DNA of 59,930 bases from Mustelus asterias (GCF_964213995.1 NW_027590468.1:190071-250000), one strand, 5' to 3'. Positions 11,731-23,954 are shown, numbered from the stretch's first letter. The notes: generated from the sequence alone by a model not told the origin. Numbers and translations: made by a program.

Positions 11731-12245
11731 AGATATGTGGAAATATCATGAAAAGACAAAATGGGAGTGAGCCCATCATACAATGATTTCTGAAATTGAT
11801 TTTCAATGTAGATGTTACTTTTCATTGTTAATCAGTCACAGGTAAGGCACTGCAATGATGTTACTGCGCAATTGCCTTAGTCGCCACATTCCGGTGCCTG
11901 TGCGGGTCAATGTACCTAACAGCATGTCGTTCAGAATGTGGGACGAAACCCACGCAGACACGGGAAGAATGTGGAAACTCCACACAGACAGTGAACCAAA
12001 CCTGGGCCCCTGGCACTACGAGGCAGCAGTGCCACCCACCGTGCCGCCGTGCCACCCACGTGCTAGTTATGTTAGTTAGAAACAACTAACATAATTCCTC
12101 AGTTGCTGCTCCTCCTCCTGTTGGTGTTGTGTTTTGTGTTGGTATTTTATTGATGGCTCTGTGACCCTCACGGGATGAGTAATTGTTCCTGATTAGCACA
12201 GGAAGCGCGCCCTCCGCTGGTCACTAACTGGAACTCCCAGTCTGC

Positions 12246-12700
12246 AGTTCTTGTCCGGAATCCGCTCGATCTCTGCAGCAGAGTGTGGGCGGCAGAGCAG
12301 ATAAATGCGGGGCGCTCTCGGAGAAAAGCACCCCAGCGATATTTAAAGGAACCATTTTGCTTTTGTTCAAACCAACAGGGAATCAGTCCAGAAAACTTGA
12401 GAAGTGCGTTTCCGTGCTGTATAACGTCAACAGACACTTTGAGCCTTCCCCGGCAGACTGGGGTGTACCAGAACCGTGTTCGACCAGCTGTCGAGTAACT
12501 GCAATCCAGTGTTACTGTCTGTCCTTCCTGAACCCTAAATTCAGAAGTACCTGGGGTAGTTTATCTTTGCTATTGTTTCCTGCAACAAAATATAGTATTG
12601 ATTAAATGTCTGGTAGAGAACGCTGGGAACGGGCAGTGGCGATTTAAACACAGAATCATTGGACAGCAAGATGAACAGTATTAGTAAAGAACACCGGGAC
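12246..12700 (-). pseudogene. Inverted TCR V pseudogene, family B-like
   Basis: Minus-strand acceptor ttgcag with exon from 12579; VQEGQTVTLDCSYS, FWY and VPLNIAG remnants with frameshifts; degenerate RSS with nonamer ACAAGAACT; leader relic ~12660-12700; promoter-like relic ~13020-13120. Confidence 0.75.
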
Positions 12701-13699
12701 AACTTGCTTCCTATTGTAGAGATAGTTACACTTCTCGGGGCTAAATGGGTCAAATGATATCGTGGAAAAGAAAGAACATAATGAACATAATGAGGATGGA
12801 GTAGGTTCAAAGGGCTGAAAGACCTCCTCATGCTCCTATTTTCTATGTTTCTATTGGACACTGAATCATAGTCATTCATTCCTGTAACACAAATACGGAA
12901 TGCTTCAGGGACTAGATGTAACCCCTGGATGTCACACTGACCAGTTAAAAATATACTTGCAGCGAGAAAATGCTGCCTGCTTTCGTATTGGACAGAAAGT
13001 AATAAAACGCTCCAATTGTGTTGAATGCTGCTGTCTGACAGAGTCCCACCCACTTTGCAATCTGGCTTCACTTATTGAGAACTGGCGTTTTATCCAGGAA
13101 CAGGATTGGCTTCTCTGCTCGAACTGCTGATTATTACCCACCAATAAACGAGAGCTGCAGACATTTTTTTCTGATTCGTGATCTTTCTCTCGGTGACTTT
13201 TCTGCTCTCTCGTTCTCGTTGTCACGGTCTCTGTCTTTATGACGAGACAGCCATTCATTTAGGAAATTTCCTCACCGCTTTCAAATGGTTGGCAGCGAAT
13301 ACAAATAATTCAGAGCGGCGAATATATTTTTACCAATTCAAAAAACATGCCGTTACTCGAAACCGCCACCAGGCGGCGTGACCATTATTGCGGTGTTTTC
13401 ACATTGACGCCCAACAGTCAATAAATATCCTTTCTGTTTCATTCAACAAACCGTGGTGACCAGAGACCATGAGGATGACACGGCACATATAAATTGACGA
13501 GTAAGGTATAGAAAGAGAAACTGAATAAGCGTTTAAAGATGAAGGAGCAAGAGGATGTGTAGGTTGCTGTGCAGAGAATGAGGATGGAGATCAATGATGT
13601 TAATCTGCACCTACAACCCCGTTAAATTCTGTTGTAGACGGAACAAAGTGGCAATATGTGCACGTTGTCAAAATAGAAACGCTTCCTTCCTGTCAGTGC

Positions 13700-15999
13700 G
13701 TCAAAAAGCTAACCTTCCATTAATAAGTACTCTTACATCATCGAAAGTTAAATAACGCAGTTGTCCAGCTCCATCCATGTGTTCCCAAAAAGCAGAATTT
13801 TTATGGTTTCTTTTCAAGGGTCCCGAAGCTTCTGTAATAATTTGTTAATCAGAGGGCGACAAGTGAACTTCCTCAGTTACAAAAGTGGGTCTTACTCTTC
13901 CTCCTCAACAACGATGCACGTTTGTCCTGATGGGAGTCGTGAATTTAGTTTCAACGGAAGATGGTGTTAATATCTTTTTTTCATGCTTTTTTTTCTTTAG
14001 TGTATCCCCCCTGTCACCACTAGATGGAGCTTTGCTCTTAAAAAATGTCATCTTCTCAAACCGACTGCTAATCTCAGACTTTTCTGATCCTGAGGTCTCA
14101 TTTGATTCTGATGATGAGTTTATTTCGTCAGAATTAATTTCAGTTTCAGAATTTTAAGCTTCCTTTTTAGTTTTATGTTGAATTGTTCTCTGTTTGTTGT
14201 TTTCCTGATCTGTATTTTGAAGATCCTATTCTTTTTCCCCAGCCTCTTTTACTAATCGATTCCTTGACGAAGCGGCCAAAATGATTCCAGCCATCGCTGA
14301 TTTTTGTTTAATTTGCTGATTCCACCAATCTTTTTGAATCTCATCTGATGCACCAGGGTTATAGCCCTGGCTAATCATTTTCTTGATTAATTTACCGTTT
14401 TCATTGGCAAAGGTTTTAATTATGAAACCAGCAATTCCCCATTCCGGATTATTCCCTTCTGCCATTTTATATATGAAAATTGCTTTATTTTTTAAAAGAA
14501 AAATTATTTAAGAGAACTGACTTATTTTCTGCTGTAACTTTTTACAGTTTCTCCAATGTTAAACTACCGTATAACTCTTAATCTCTATTTCTTTTTAAGT
14601 TGTATCTTCTACATTCTTCAAATTATTCGTCTTTTGACGACCATTTATTTCTCCAACATTTTTAAATGGTCTTTTTTAACTAATAAGAGCGCGGTTTTTA
14701 TTACACTGCTGTCTCAACGAAACTAACTCCCTTTACCTTAGTTTCCTATTTTATGCGCCCTTCACTATTTCTATACTATCGGCGCGCCCTTTTCTGAACC
14801 TGCTGTAGGTGGGTAAATTGCTATCCCTCTCCCCACTTTTGCGCCGATACTCTTTAATAACTCTATACAATCAGCGCGCCCTTTTCGGAACCTGCTGTAG
14901 GTGGGTAAGTTGCTATTCCTCCCCCCACTTTTGCGCCAATAAACCTCTTTTAAAAAATGCCTTTGTGACCCACAAGGGGTCCGGATGTCTAACGGATCCG
15001 GTGACTCAGAGTGCCTCCCCTCTACTAAAAAAGGTGAGCAATATAATGTGTGTACTCACCGTTCCAGGGAAATTTTTCATTCTATCATCGGCTCCAAGAT
15101 CATCCCGTATCGTTGCCAAATTGATGTGGGAAATTCTTCCAAGGTGGCCTGATTGATTTAAAGACTCGACCTTTTTACTAATATTTTACTTTCACAAAGG
15201 CAATGAAAAATGTATTCAATTCAAGGAAAATCTTCAATTTAACAATTTTTATTAAGACATTGAAATGTCTGAATAACAAGTTAATGTTAAGAAATGAATA
15301 CAAACATACAATTAAAACAAGACAAAGAAGAACAACTTAACATTAAGAAATTAATACAAACATACAATTGAAATAAGACAAATCTCATTTTGGCCCAAAA
15401 TGGGAGTCCTAGGTTCCACCTACACAGCTAATGCGCCAGCAGGCTTTTCACAAAGATCTCAAATTTCATGCCAAAAAAGTAGAAGAGTTATACGTTTTTA
15501 TCAGATTAATCTGCCAACACTTAATTAACAGTAAATTTATTCATTCACTGAGCTGTCAATCTACTGATGACATGTCTTTCAATCAATAATTCTCTGACAC
15601 CTTCCAATATCACTTCAGTTATTAGTCAGTCTGTTTTTACAGACGTTCCCTCCCAAAAAATAGCTCCTTATGATTCATCATTTTCTCTCAATTTAAACCG
15701 GTTCTATTGAAGGCACCTTTAACTATTGGATTTATTTTCCCCGGTTTGGATATGCATTGGTAATTTTCATTGTTGCATTATTTGTGCCTGACTTGTGTTG
15801 ATATTTTTCATGAATACATCTTCTATTTTATTGGTATTTTACAAATTCATTTCTCAACAAGCCGAATCTCATTTCTTAGAGAACATTATTAATATATTAC
15901 TTAAATATTTCGCATTATTTCTCAAGCCATATATTAATACATTGGCTGCTAATTATCTTTAAATTGGGGGTATAAAATTAAACAGAATTCTCAACTACA
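13700..15999 (-). mobile_element. Truncated LTR retroelement/ERV: 5' LTR (~15122-15999), PBS, leader, degenerate gag-like region
   Basis: Minus strand TGTAGTTG...CACATCA bounded by TG..CA with AATAAA (~15250); TGGCAACGA PBS-like at ~15119-15105; CGGTGAGT splice donor ~15060; interrupted ORF from 14465 (MAEGNNPEWG...). Confidence 0.6.
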
Positions 16000-16183
16000 A
16001 ATTCAGTTCTTCTAACTTTTTTTTCCTCTCTGATGTTGACCTGCTGTCTGACTTCATAGAATCATAGAATCCCTACAGTGCAGAAGGAGGCCATTTGGCC
16101 CATCGAGCCTCCACCGACCATAATCCCACCCAGGTCCTGTCCTATCACCGTAACCCCACATATTTAATCTCCTAATCCCCCTA

Positions 16184-18645
16184 CATGTGTCCCTCCATTC
16201 ACACAACAAGAACTATTCAGTCTGCACAGCAGCTTCAGTCTCATTCCCCCAGTTTGTTTTCCACCTTTTATCACTCCAATTCTTCTCCCACATACTTCAC
16301 ATCCTAACATTACAATACAAACTTGATAATCTCTCCAATTTGACATTTGTTCAGGGGTACAGACAGCAGATAAATTATCAATTACACTCCCAACCTGGGC
16401 TATGGTGATACATTTACACATGATCTCATTTCACAATAAAACCCACACACCGGTTTTAAGTTTGCTTCCGTTATTGCTGTTGTGCCCCGCAGGTTGATTA
16501 AAGTGACATTGACATCAACACTTTATGGTCTCTGTCTCTCTCTGCGTTNNNNNNNNNNNNNNNNNNNNNNNNNNNNNNNNNNNNNNNNNNNNNNNNNNNN
16601 NNNNNNNNNNNNNNNNNNNNNNNNNNNNNNNNNNNNNNNNNNNNNNNNNNNNNNNNNNNNNNNNNNNNNNNNNNNNNNNNNNNNNNNNNNNNNNNNNNNN
16701 NNNNNNNNNNNNNNNNNNNNNNNNNNNNNNNNNNNATGTTTTTAGTTTTATTTTATTTGATTTATTATTGTCACATGTATTAGTATACAAAGAAAAGTAT
16801 CGTTTCTTGCGCGCTATACAGAGAAAGCATACATTTCATAGAGAACAGTAAGAAGTCTCACAACGCCAGTTTCAAGTCGAACATGTTTATTTGGAATCAC
16901 GAGCTTTCGGAGCGCTGCTCCTTCATTAGGTGAGTGGAGAGGTAGGTTTTACAAACACAGCATTACACGTACATGGAGAAGGAAAGGAGCGAGTGCAGAA
17001 TGTAATGATACAGTCATAGCTAGGATGGAGAGAAATTTCAATTTAATTAAAACATTGTTATAGAGTTCAAAAGAGTTAGAATATCGTTTTAAAAGCATAG
17101 ACCAAGAGTAAAAGATAGCATTAGAGAGATGATGGGCACAGCTTGCAACAAGGTCCGACGCCATCTTGATTTTTTTGGTTTGTCTCTGTGTTTATCTGAG
17201 GGTGTGTGTGTGTGTGTTTGTTGTCTGAGTGTTTATGTCTATGTCTCTGTGTGTGCGACTTTGCTTGTGTCTATTTGTCTGCAATCGTGTGACTGTTTCT
17301 GCCTGAGGCTGTGTGTGTGTGGGTGTGTGCCTGTGTATGTTTGCTTGTCTGGTCATGTGTGTATATGTGTGTGTGTGTTATGCTGAAAGTGTGTGTCTGT
17401 GAGTTTGCGAGTTTGCCTATGTTGTTTGACTGAGATCATGTGTGTGCCCATATTTGACTGTGTGCATGTGTTGCTGTGTGCGTGACTGTGTTTGCCTGAG
17501 TGTTTGTGTGTGTGTGTTTGTGCGTGTGTGTTTTTCTGTGATTGTATGTATGTCTGAGTGTTTGACTGAGACTTGTGTCTAAATGTGTGTGTTTTGTCTG
17601 AGAGTTTGTGCTCATCTGTGTGCTTGCATCAGAGTGAATTTGTATGCATATGCGTGTTCGTTTGATAGGACATCTGTGTGTGGGTCTGTTTCTGTATGTT
17701 TGTCAGCGTGTGTGTGTGTGTCTGTGTGCATGCATGTCTGAGAGCATATGTTTTCTTTGTGTGTTTGTCTGAGTTTTTCTCTCTATATGTCTATGTTCAC
17801 GAGTTTGCTTGTGTGTTTGCCTGAGTGTGTGCTTATGACTGTGTGTTTGTCTGTGAGTGCATGTGTATGCCTGTGTTTTTCTGAGAGTGTGTGTCTGTGT
17901 GTTTGCAAGATTTCCTGTGTCTGTTCGTCTGAGAAATGTGTGCCTGTATTTGCCTGACTGTGTTTGCGTGTGTGTTTGTCTGTATTTGTCTGAATGCGTG
18001 TGTGTGTTTGTGTCTGTGTGGTTGTCTGTATGTGTGTGTGTGCTTGTCTGACAGCCTGTCTGTGTGTCAGAAAGAGAGATAAAGTATGGGTGCGTGTGTG
18101 TGTGTGTGTCTGAGCGTGTATATCCATGTATGTGCCTATGCGTGCGAGTTTGCCTGTATCGGTTTTTCTGAGATCCTGTGTGTGTGCGTGCTCGTGACTG
18201 TTTGTTTGTCTGTGTGTGTGTTTGCGTGTGTGTTTTTCAGAGGTGCATTTGGCTGTGTGTGTGTATGTGTTTGCGAGTTTGCTTCTCTCTGCTTGTTTCA
18301 GAACTTGTGTGTTGGTCTGAATGTGCGTGTGTGTATGTTTGGGTATGTGAGTTGGTCTCGGATTGTGTGTGTGTGAACATTTAAAATATAAATGGATGAT
18401 AGAAAAGCTACAGCACAAACAGGCCCTTCGGCCCACAAGTTGCGCCAAACATGTCCCTACCTACTAGGCTTACCTATAACCCTCTATCTTACTAACTTCC
18501 ATGAACATATCCAAAAGTGTCTTAAAAGAACCTATAGAATCCGCCTCCACCACCACTACCGGCAGCCGATTCCACGCACCCACCACCCTCTGAGTGAAAA
18601 ACTTACTCCGAACATCTCCTCTGTACCTACTCCCCAGCACCCTAA
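16184..18645 (+). repeat. Left arm of ~2.5 kb inverted segmental repeat (includes 187-N gap and TG-rich degenerate satellite)
   Basis: Near-identical reverse complement at 53903-56668; ORF translations 17129..17386(+) and 55182..55439(-) differ by one residue. Confidence 0.92.
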
Positions 18646-19480
18646 TCTCAAACCATCAAGTCCTGGTAGCATCCTAGTAAATCTTTTCTGCACTCTTTCT
18701 AGTTTAATAATATCCTTTCTATAATAGTTTGACAAGAACTGTACACAGTATTCCAAATGTGGCCTTACCAATGTCTTGTAGAACTTCAACAAGACGTCCC
18801 AACTCCTGTATTCAATGTTCTCACCGATGAAACCAAGCATGCCGAATGCCTTCTTCACCACTCTGTCCACCTGAGACTCCACTTTCAAGGAGCTATGAAC
18901 CTGTACCCTTGGATCTTTTTGTTCTATAGCTCTCCATAACACCCTCCCATTAAATGAGTAAGTCCTGTTCTGGTTCGATCGACGAAAATGGATCACTTCG
19001 CATTCATCTAAATAAAACTCCATCTTCCATTCACCAGCCCACTGGCCCAATTGATTAAGATCCCATTGATTGCAATCCTTGATAACCTTCTTCACTGTCC
19101 ACTATGCCACCAATCTTGGTGTCATCTGCAAACTTACTAACCACGCCTCCTAAATTCTCATCCAAATCATTAATATAAATGACAAATAACAGTGGACCCA
19201 GCACTCATTCCCGGAGGCACACTGCTGGCCATAGGCCTCTAGTTTGAAAGACAACCCTCTACAACCACCCTCTGTCTTCTGTCATCAAGCCAATTTTGTA
19301 TCCATTTAGCAACCTCAACCTGGATCCCGTGAGAGTGTTTCCAGCTTCTGCTCCAACCGAACCATGCGGTCTGTGAGGAGCTGCAGCTGGTCACACATCC
19401 CGCAAACATAGCCGCCAGGGACACTAGAAAGTTCGCTGATCTCCCACATCTTGCAGGAGGAACATATCACGGCCCTAACT
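18400..19480 (-). mobile_element. CR1-type LINE fragments (RT and ORF1-like remnants)
   Basis: ORF 18556..19095 contains [14 protein letters not shown] and [14 protein letters not shown]; SKFADDTKIGG upstream. Confidence 0.85.
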
Positions 19481-19836
19481 GCCATCTCTGCACTTGGACA
19501 CTGAAAAAAAATAAAAGAATAAGAATCTTACTTGCTTTTGACAAAGAGGGACATTCCCAAACTCTGGGTGGCAACAGCCAGAGGGGTCGCGGACCGAGAT
19601 TCTCGGGTCGGGAGCTCCGAGGCTGCGATAACTGTGGAACCTCGACTGAATGTTCATAGCTTCCCGCCACCTTCAGATTCTCGAGATTTATTTTAAACAA
19701 TGGGCGTGGCCTAAATTGACGACGTTCGGGCCTGATGTCTTTCAGTTCAGCTCTGAGATCCAGTGTCCCAGAGCAGTCCAGCTCTGCAGTCTCCAGCTCC
19801 CCGTCATATAAACCATCAGCTACGGGCAGCAGAGCG

Positions 19837-20316
19837 ATGGGAATCCTTCTTGTTTTCAGCCTGTGTGTCTGTTTACCCCGTGAGTACTGGTCACACTAAA
19901 CTACATTGTGTGGATTGAATATAAAGCTGCCCCAGTCCATCCCAATTACAGACATTGTCTGGAGTTTTAGCCCCGTTGTGTGGTTCAGCTCTGATGGGCC
20001 TTTAAACTCTCTGTGTTTAATTTCCAGGATCTTTCAGTCAGTCAGTGGTACAGAGCCCGGAAGCGGTGACCAGGAAGGAATGTCAGTCCCTCACCATCAC
20101 CTGTGTTTTCTATGGTGGATTCTTTGCTCGTGCTTTGGAGAGGGCGGAATTCTTCAGACAAACACAGGCTGGGACAGAGTGGGAGCGGGTCTCCGGCGGA
20201 GGGAGATTTGTTGTGTCGGTGAATAAAGCAACAAAGACATTTTCGTTGGAAATTCGGGATGTGAGAGTTGAAGACGCCGCCACCTATTACTGTAAAGCTC
20301 ATTACGAAGGCTACGA
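19837..20316 (+). CDS. NAR-TCR variable segment, IgNAR-like (leader 19837-19879, V exon 20028-20316)
   Basis: MGILLVFSLCVCLP|gtgagt; VVQSPEAVTRKECQSLTITC..WERVSGGGRFVVSVNKATKTFSLEIRDVRVEDAATYYCKA. It has the NAR-like CDR2 deletion and extra FR1 Cys; RSS CACCGTG-22-ACTAAAACT at 20317-20354; TATAAA at 19807. Confidence 0.9.
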
Positions 20317-20680
20317 CACCGTGATGGGTCTCGGCTTCCCGCCATACTAAAACTCTCACTGAAGATTTTCACATAAACAAATGAAAAAGCGGAGTTAATC
20401 TTCCCTGACACCCGCACAGTCCCATCGCACACCGTCAATCCCACAGTCAAGTTTATAATGAGGATTTGATTATTACCGTTAACATTCTGAGTGTTAGAAA
20501 CATGGAGTGTGTGCGGAAGCTGATATCGTTCCCGGGATTGGCGTTGATGAATAAAGAATGGAAATGACTGATCCCAGTTACAAACCCAAACAAAAGATGG
20601 GATCATCGTCTCTCAGCTGGAACTGGGAACCGCAGTCCCCGCTATTTAATTAATGTCCCTACATCTCACACAGTATCTGG

Positions 20681-20753
20681 GGTTTTGATGCTGAATTATA
20701 ACACTGTGTAGTGGTTGGGACCACTCACAGTGAAAAGGAGCTGAGCAAATACC
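20681..20753 (+). other. NAR-TCR D segment (coding 20709-20725) flanked by 12/12 RSS
   Basis: GGTTTTGAT-12-CACTGTG [TAGTGGTTGGGACCACT] CACAGTG-12-GCAAATACC. Confidence 0.92.
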
Positions 20754-21101
20754 TGTGCACAATTACCTTATACATTCGCAGGGCCCAGAGAGAGAATTAT
20801 GGGTTGATGTTATTAGCGCTGCAATCTGGATTAATTACATTGCACTTTCCATCACTCACATCTTTCTTTGATATTTTTCTCAGTTAATATGAAGCTACTA
20901 TCTCCTACCTGGGGATATTTACTGAGAACACGGGGCCTCAAAAAGAACAGTTTGAACTGACAGAGACTTCAAAACATTGAAAAATATTTATTGATTTAAA
21001 TCCCCCGAATAATGGGAACTTCCAAATGACTGTGATGATTTCCCGTCAAGTTGAGTAGTCGGTAGTTCTTGTACGGGGAGACTGAGATCGGTATCAGTGT
21101 G

Positions 21102-21153
21102 TACGACTGGTATGATGTCGATGGATCAGGGACGGTGGTGACTGTCACAGCCG
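21102..21153 (+). CDS. NAR-TCR J segment (YDWYDVDGSGTVVTVTA)
   Basis: RSS AGTTCTTGT-22-CAGTGTG at 21064-21101; NAR-like xGxGTVVTV motif; phase-1 donor gtaagt at 21154. Confidence 0.92.
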
Positions 21154-23344
21154 GTAAGTGACTCCAAACCCCGCCGTGTTGCAAAATGTCTCGTTTAACG
21201 TTCACCGTCATTTTATTATCGTGATCTGTATCGTTTCAGTCCAATTGATACGGATAAGGATCTGTTTACAGATCCGTTACAGATTTTGATTTGGGAGCAG
21301 GACGTGATTTAGGAGTCGATCCAGGTCAGCCCTGGGGAAAGCGAGTGTGAGACCTGATGCAGAAGGCGGTCAGCGCTGTAGGGATAGTGGTGGTTGTAGG
21401 GATGGAAGTGGAGGGGTGGGGATTGGATGGGCTGTGATGTGAGGGTTGACAGTATTTGGGTCATTATTAGTTTAACGGGCACATCGGGGTTAACATCCAT
21501 ATCAAGGGCTTTCACAATCCTGATATTTTATAACAAATTATCGGCACTCTGGAATCCACCTTCGGTGTTAATTGTGACCGAGGGAGATCTGCCTGTCTCG
21601 AACAGCCCGGCAGTGGGATCGCAGAGCTCTATCCTGGGCAGTAGACTGCAGTCCCTGCCGTGTAATGTGAAGAAGCTACCGGTTGAATGAGATCAGTGCC
21701 ACTGCGGACAGTTCATTTAACAGTTCATCCAATACCTGTCCCGGGAGACAAATAGAATAAAAGAGACAACAGACTTCAGACATTAGAGACCCTGGTTAGT
21801 TCTAGATTGAATTTTTCAATAGAGAAATCAGTTACTGAAATTAGTGAAATTGTACCTGACATTCCTCTAAACATCCTCCATATAACCAATCACTTTCCTC
21901 ATTTTCCACCGTCAAAAGAGGCATAATTTAAAATGAAACCAAATCCCCCACACATGAAAACACTTTTGTTCGAAATGAATATAACTGGAGTTTTACCATT
22001 TTTATACTGAAATATTAAACTAAACTGACTTAAACCTATACTTTATTTCTAATGTCCAAAAACACTGAAGAGATTAGTTAAACTATCTTTGTTTCCTGAC
22101 AGTTGTCATTTACAGAAGACAATAAATACATAAATTCGAATAAATTCAAACAGGGAGAGCCAGAATGTGGATCTCGCTGTCACATTGAATGTTTGGAGCA
22201 GAGGCGAGTGGTACATTTATGGGAAGACTCGAAAATACTGAAAGGAGAACAGAATAGACCGACAGAGTGAGCTGGATTGAAATGATCAATTAGATTTCTG
22301 ACGGGTGAGGCTGGTCGGGTGTTTCTATGCAGACATCAGTGAGTTAGACCGAATTGCCTGTTCCTCTTCTGCAGTTTCCACACAATGTAAAACTTAGAGA
22401 AAATTCCGCCCAGAGAGAGCAGAAGAGAATCAGTTAAAGAGCAAAAAAAGAATTGAAATTGTCAGAGAGCCAGAAGAGGCAGTTCCCAGTGAGTAACTGT
22501 AAAACCACTGCAGAAACTGAACAGAATAAACCCAACTGACAACTGAGAGACTTTGGGAGAACTTTCCACGATTGCAACGAACCCAAACAGCGCAAAATAA
22601 ATGTTGAAACAAAATAAAACTGACTGTAAATATTTCCAAGTAAAGAGAAAAGGAGAAAAGATGTTCCTGATAGTTAGATAGCAGAAGAAAACCAAATAGA
22701 TGAACAAACAGAGATTCCCGGGAAGTGTTAAACAGATATAAAGGAATGACATTTGAGCACCGATGTTCAACATCATTCCATCCCCATTGGAGCTGATGAA
22801 TCACAGTCATTCCCTGTTGGATCTTGCTGTGCGCTGTGACGTAACGCAGCTGGGTTAGTCACTTGGAACGGATTGCCTCACTGATAATAAAATGTTCCCT
22901 CGTGTTTGTCTCTTAGGAAGGGAAATAGAAAGTGAAATGTAACATACATCATTGAATCATAGAGTGCAAAAGGGTGACATTCGGCCCCTCGAGTAGATGC
23001 AGCCCTTTATAAGTGAAATCCAGTTCTTCCCCTCAGTCATGAATTTTCCCCATAACCCTATTTTATTCCTGTTCCGGCGCTTGACTATTCCTGTGTGTTT
23101 GTCACTGTTGATTCAGCTCCCACCATCATTCTGACATTGCATTCCAGACCGTTGGATCTTGTTGTGTAAAGAAAACCTCATTTTCCACTGGTTTACAATA
23201 ATAATAACAGTGAATACAGTTCCATCAGATTTAAAATAATAATAACACCGGATAAAACTGAGCTACTCCCGCAATTGACACATTCCCCTGGTAAACAGTG
23301 ACTGAACCACAGAAGAAAACGCTGTTTCTTTTTTTATCCTCCAG

Positions 23345-23657
23345 ATTCTAGTTCCCTGGTGTCTAAGAATCCGCCTCTCCAAACCTCTGCTGCTGGTGAC
23401 ACGGTTGCTTTAAGCTGTGAATATTCAGGTCTCTGTCAGTACACAGTACACTGGTACAGTCAGTCCGCGGGGAAGGCTCTGAAATACCTGCTTCAGACAC
23501 ACACTTCAGGAGAGGAGAATAAAAAAACTGCTGCCGGGGGGAGAATTTCTGCTTCTATCGATTCTGCCGAGAAAATCAGCTGGTTAAAGATCTCCAAACT
23601 GAAACTGAGCGATTCCGCTGTGTATTACTGTGCACTGAGTCGGAGCACATCTGGGAC
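23345..23657 (+). CDS. Leaderless supporting TCR delta V of NAR-TCR
   Basis: Acceptor ttttatcctccag in frame with the NAR J; ..ALSCEYSGLCQYTVHWYSQ..DSAVYYCALSRSTSG; extra CDR1 Cys; no leader exon recognised upstream; RSS CACAGTA-23-ACAATAACC at 23658-23696. Confidence 0.9.
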
Positions 23658-23954
23658 CACAGTAGTTGAATCTCTCTTAACGCCCGTACAATAACCTCCC
23701 AGCACCACGGGAGAAAACCAAACTCTCTCAATAGCACCCTCCCAACACCACTCCCCACCACCGCCTTCCATCCCCACCGAGCGTACACCATTACTGACCC
23801 ACCCCCACTGGGACACGGCAGAAGTTGTGTGGCTTTTGCTACCAAATAAACCTGTTGGACTTTAGCCTGGTGTTGTTAAACTTCTTACACGGCAGAAGGA
23901 CAGAGAAAGGTGGACGAGACCACAATGGATCTTGTTATGGAATCAAACGGTGTG

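Noticed and set aside
16549-16735. N run
   Set aside because: Assembly gap; the other repeat arm shows a CA microsatellite at this position, so a hidden gene segment is unlikely.
17129-18448. Cys/Val- and His/Thr-rich ORFs (also at 33.4-34.3, 49.0-49.6 and 54.1-55.4 kb)
   Set aside because: Translations of TG/CA degenerate satellite, not proteins.
23806-23820. CACTGGG-A-CACGGCA as a possible D with heptamers
   Set aside because: No nonamers at 12 or 23 bp and essentially no coding core.
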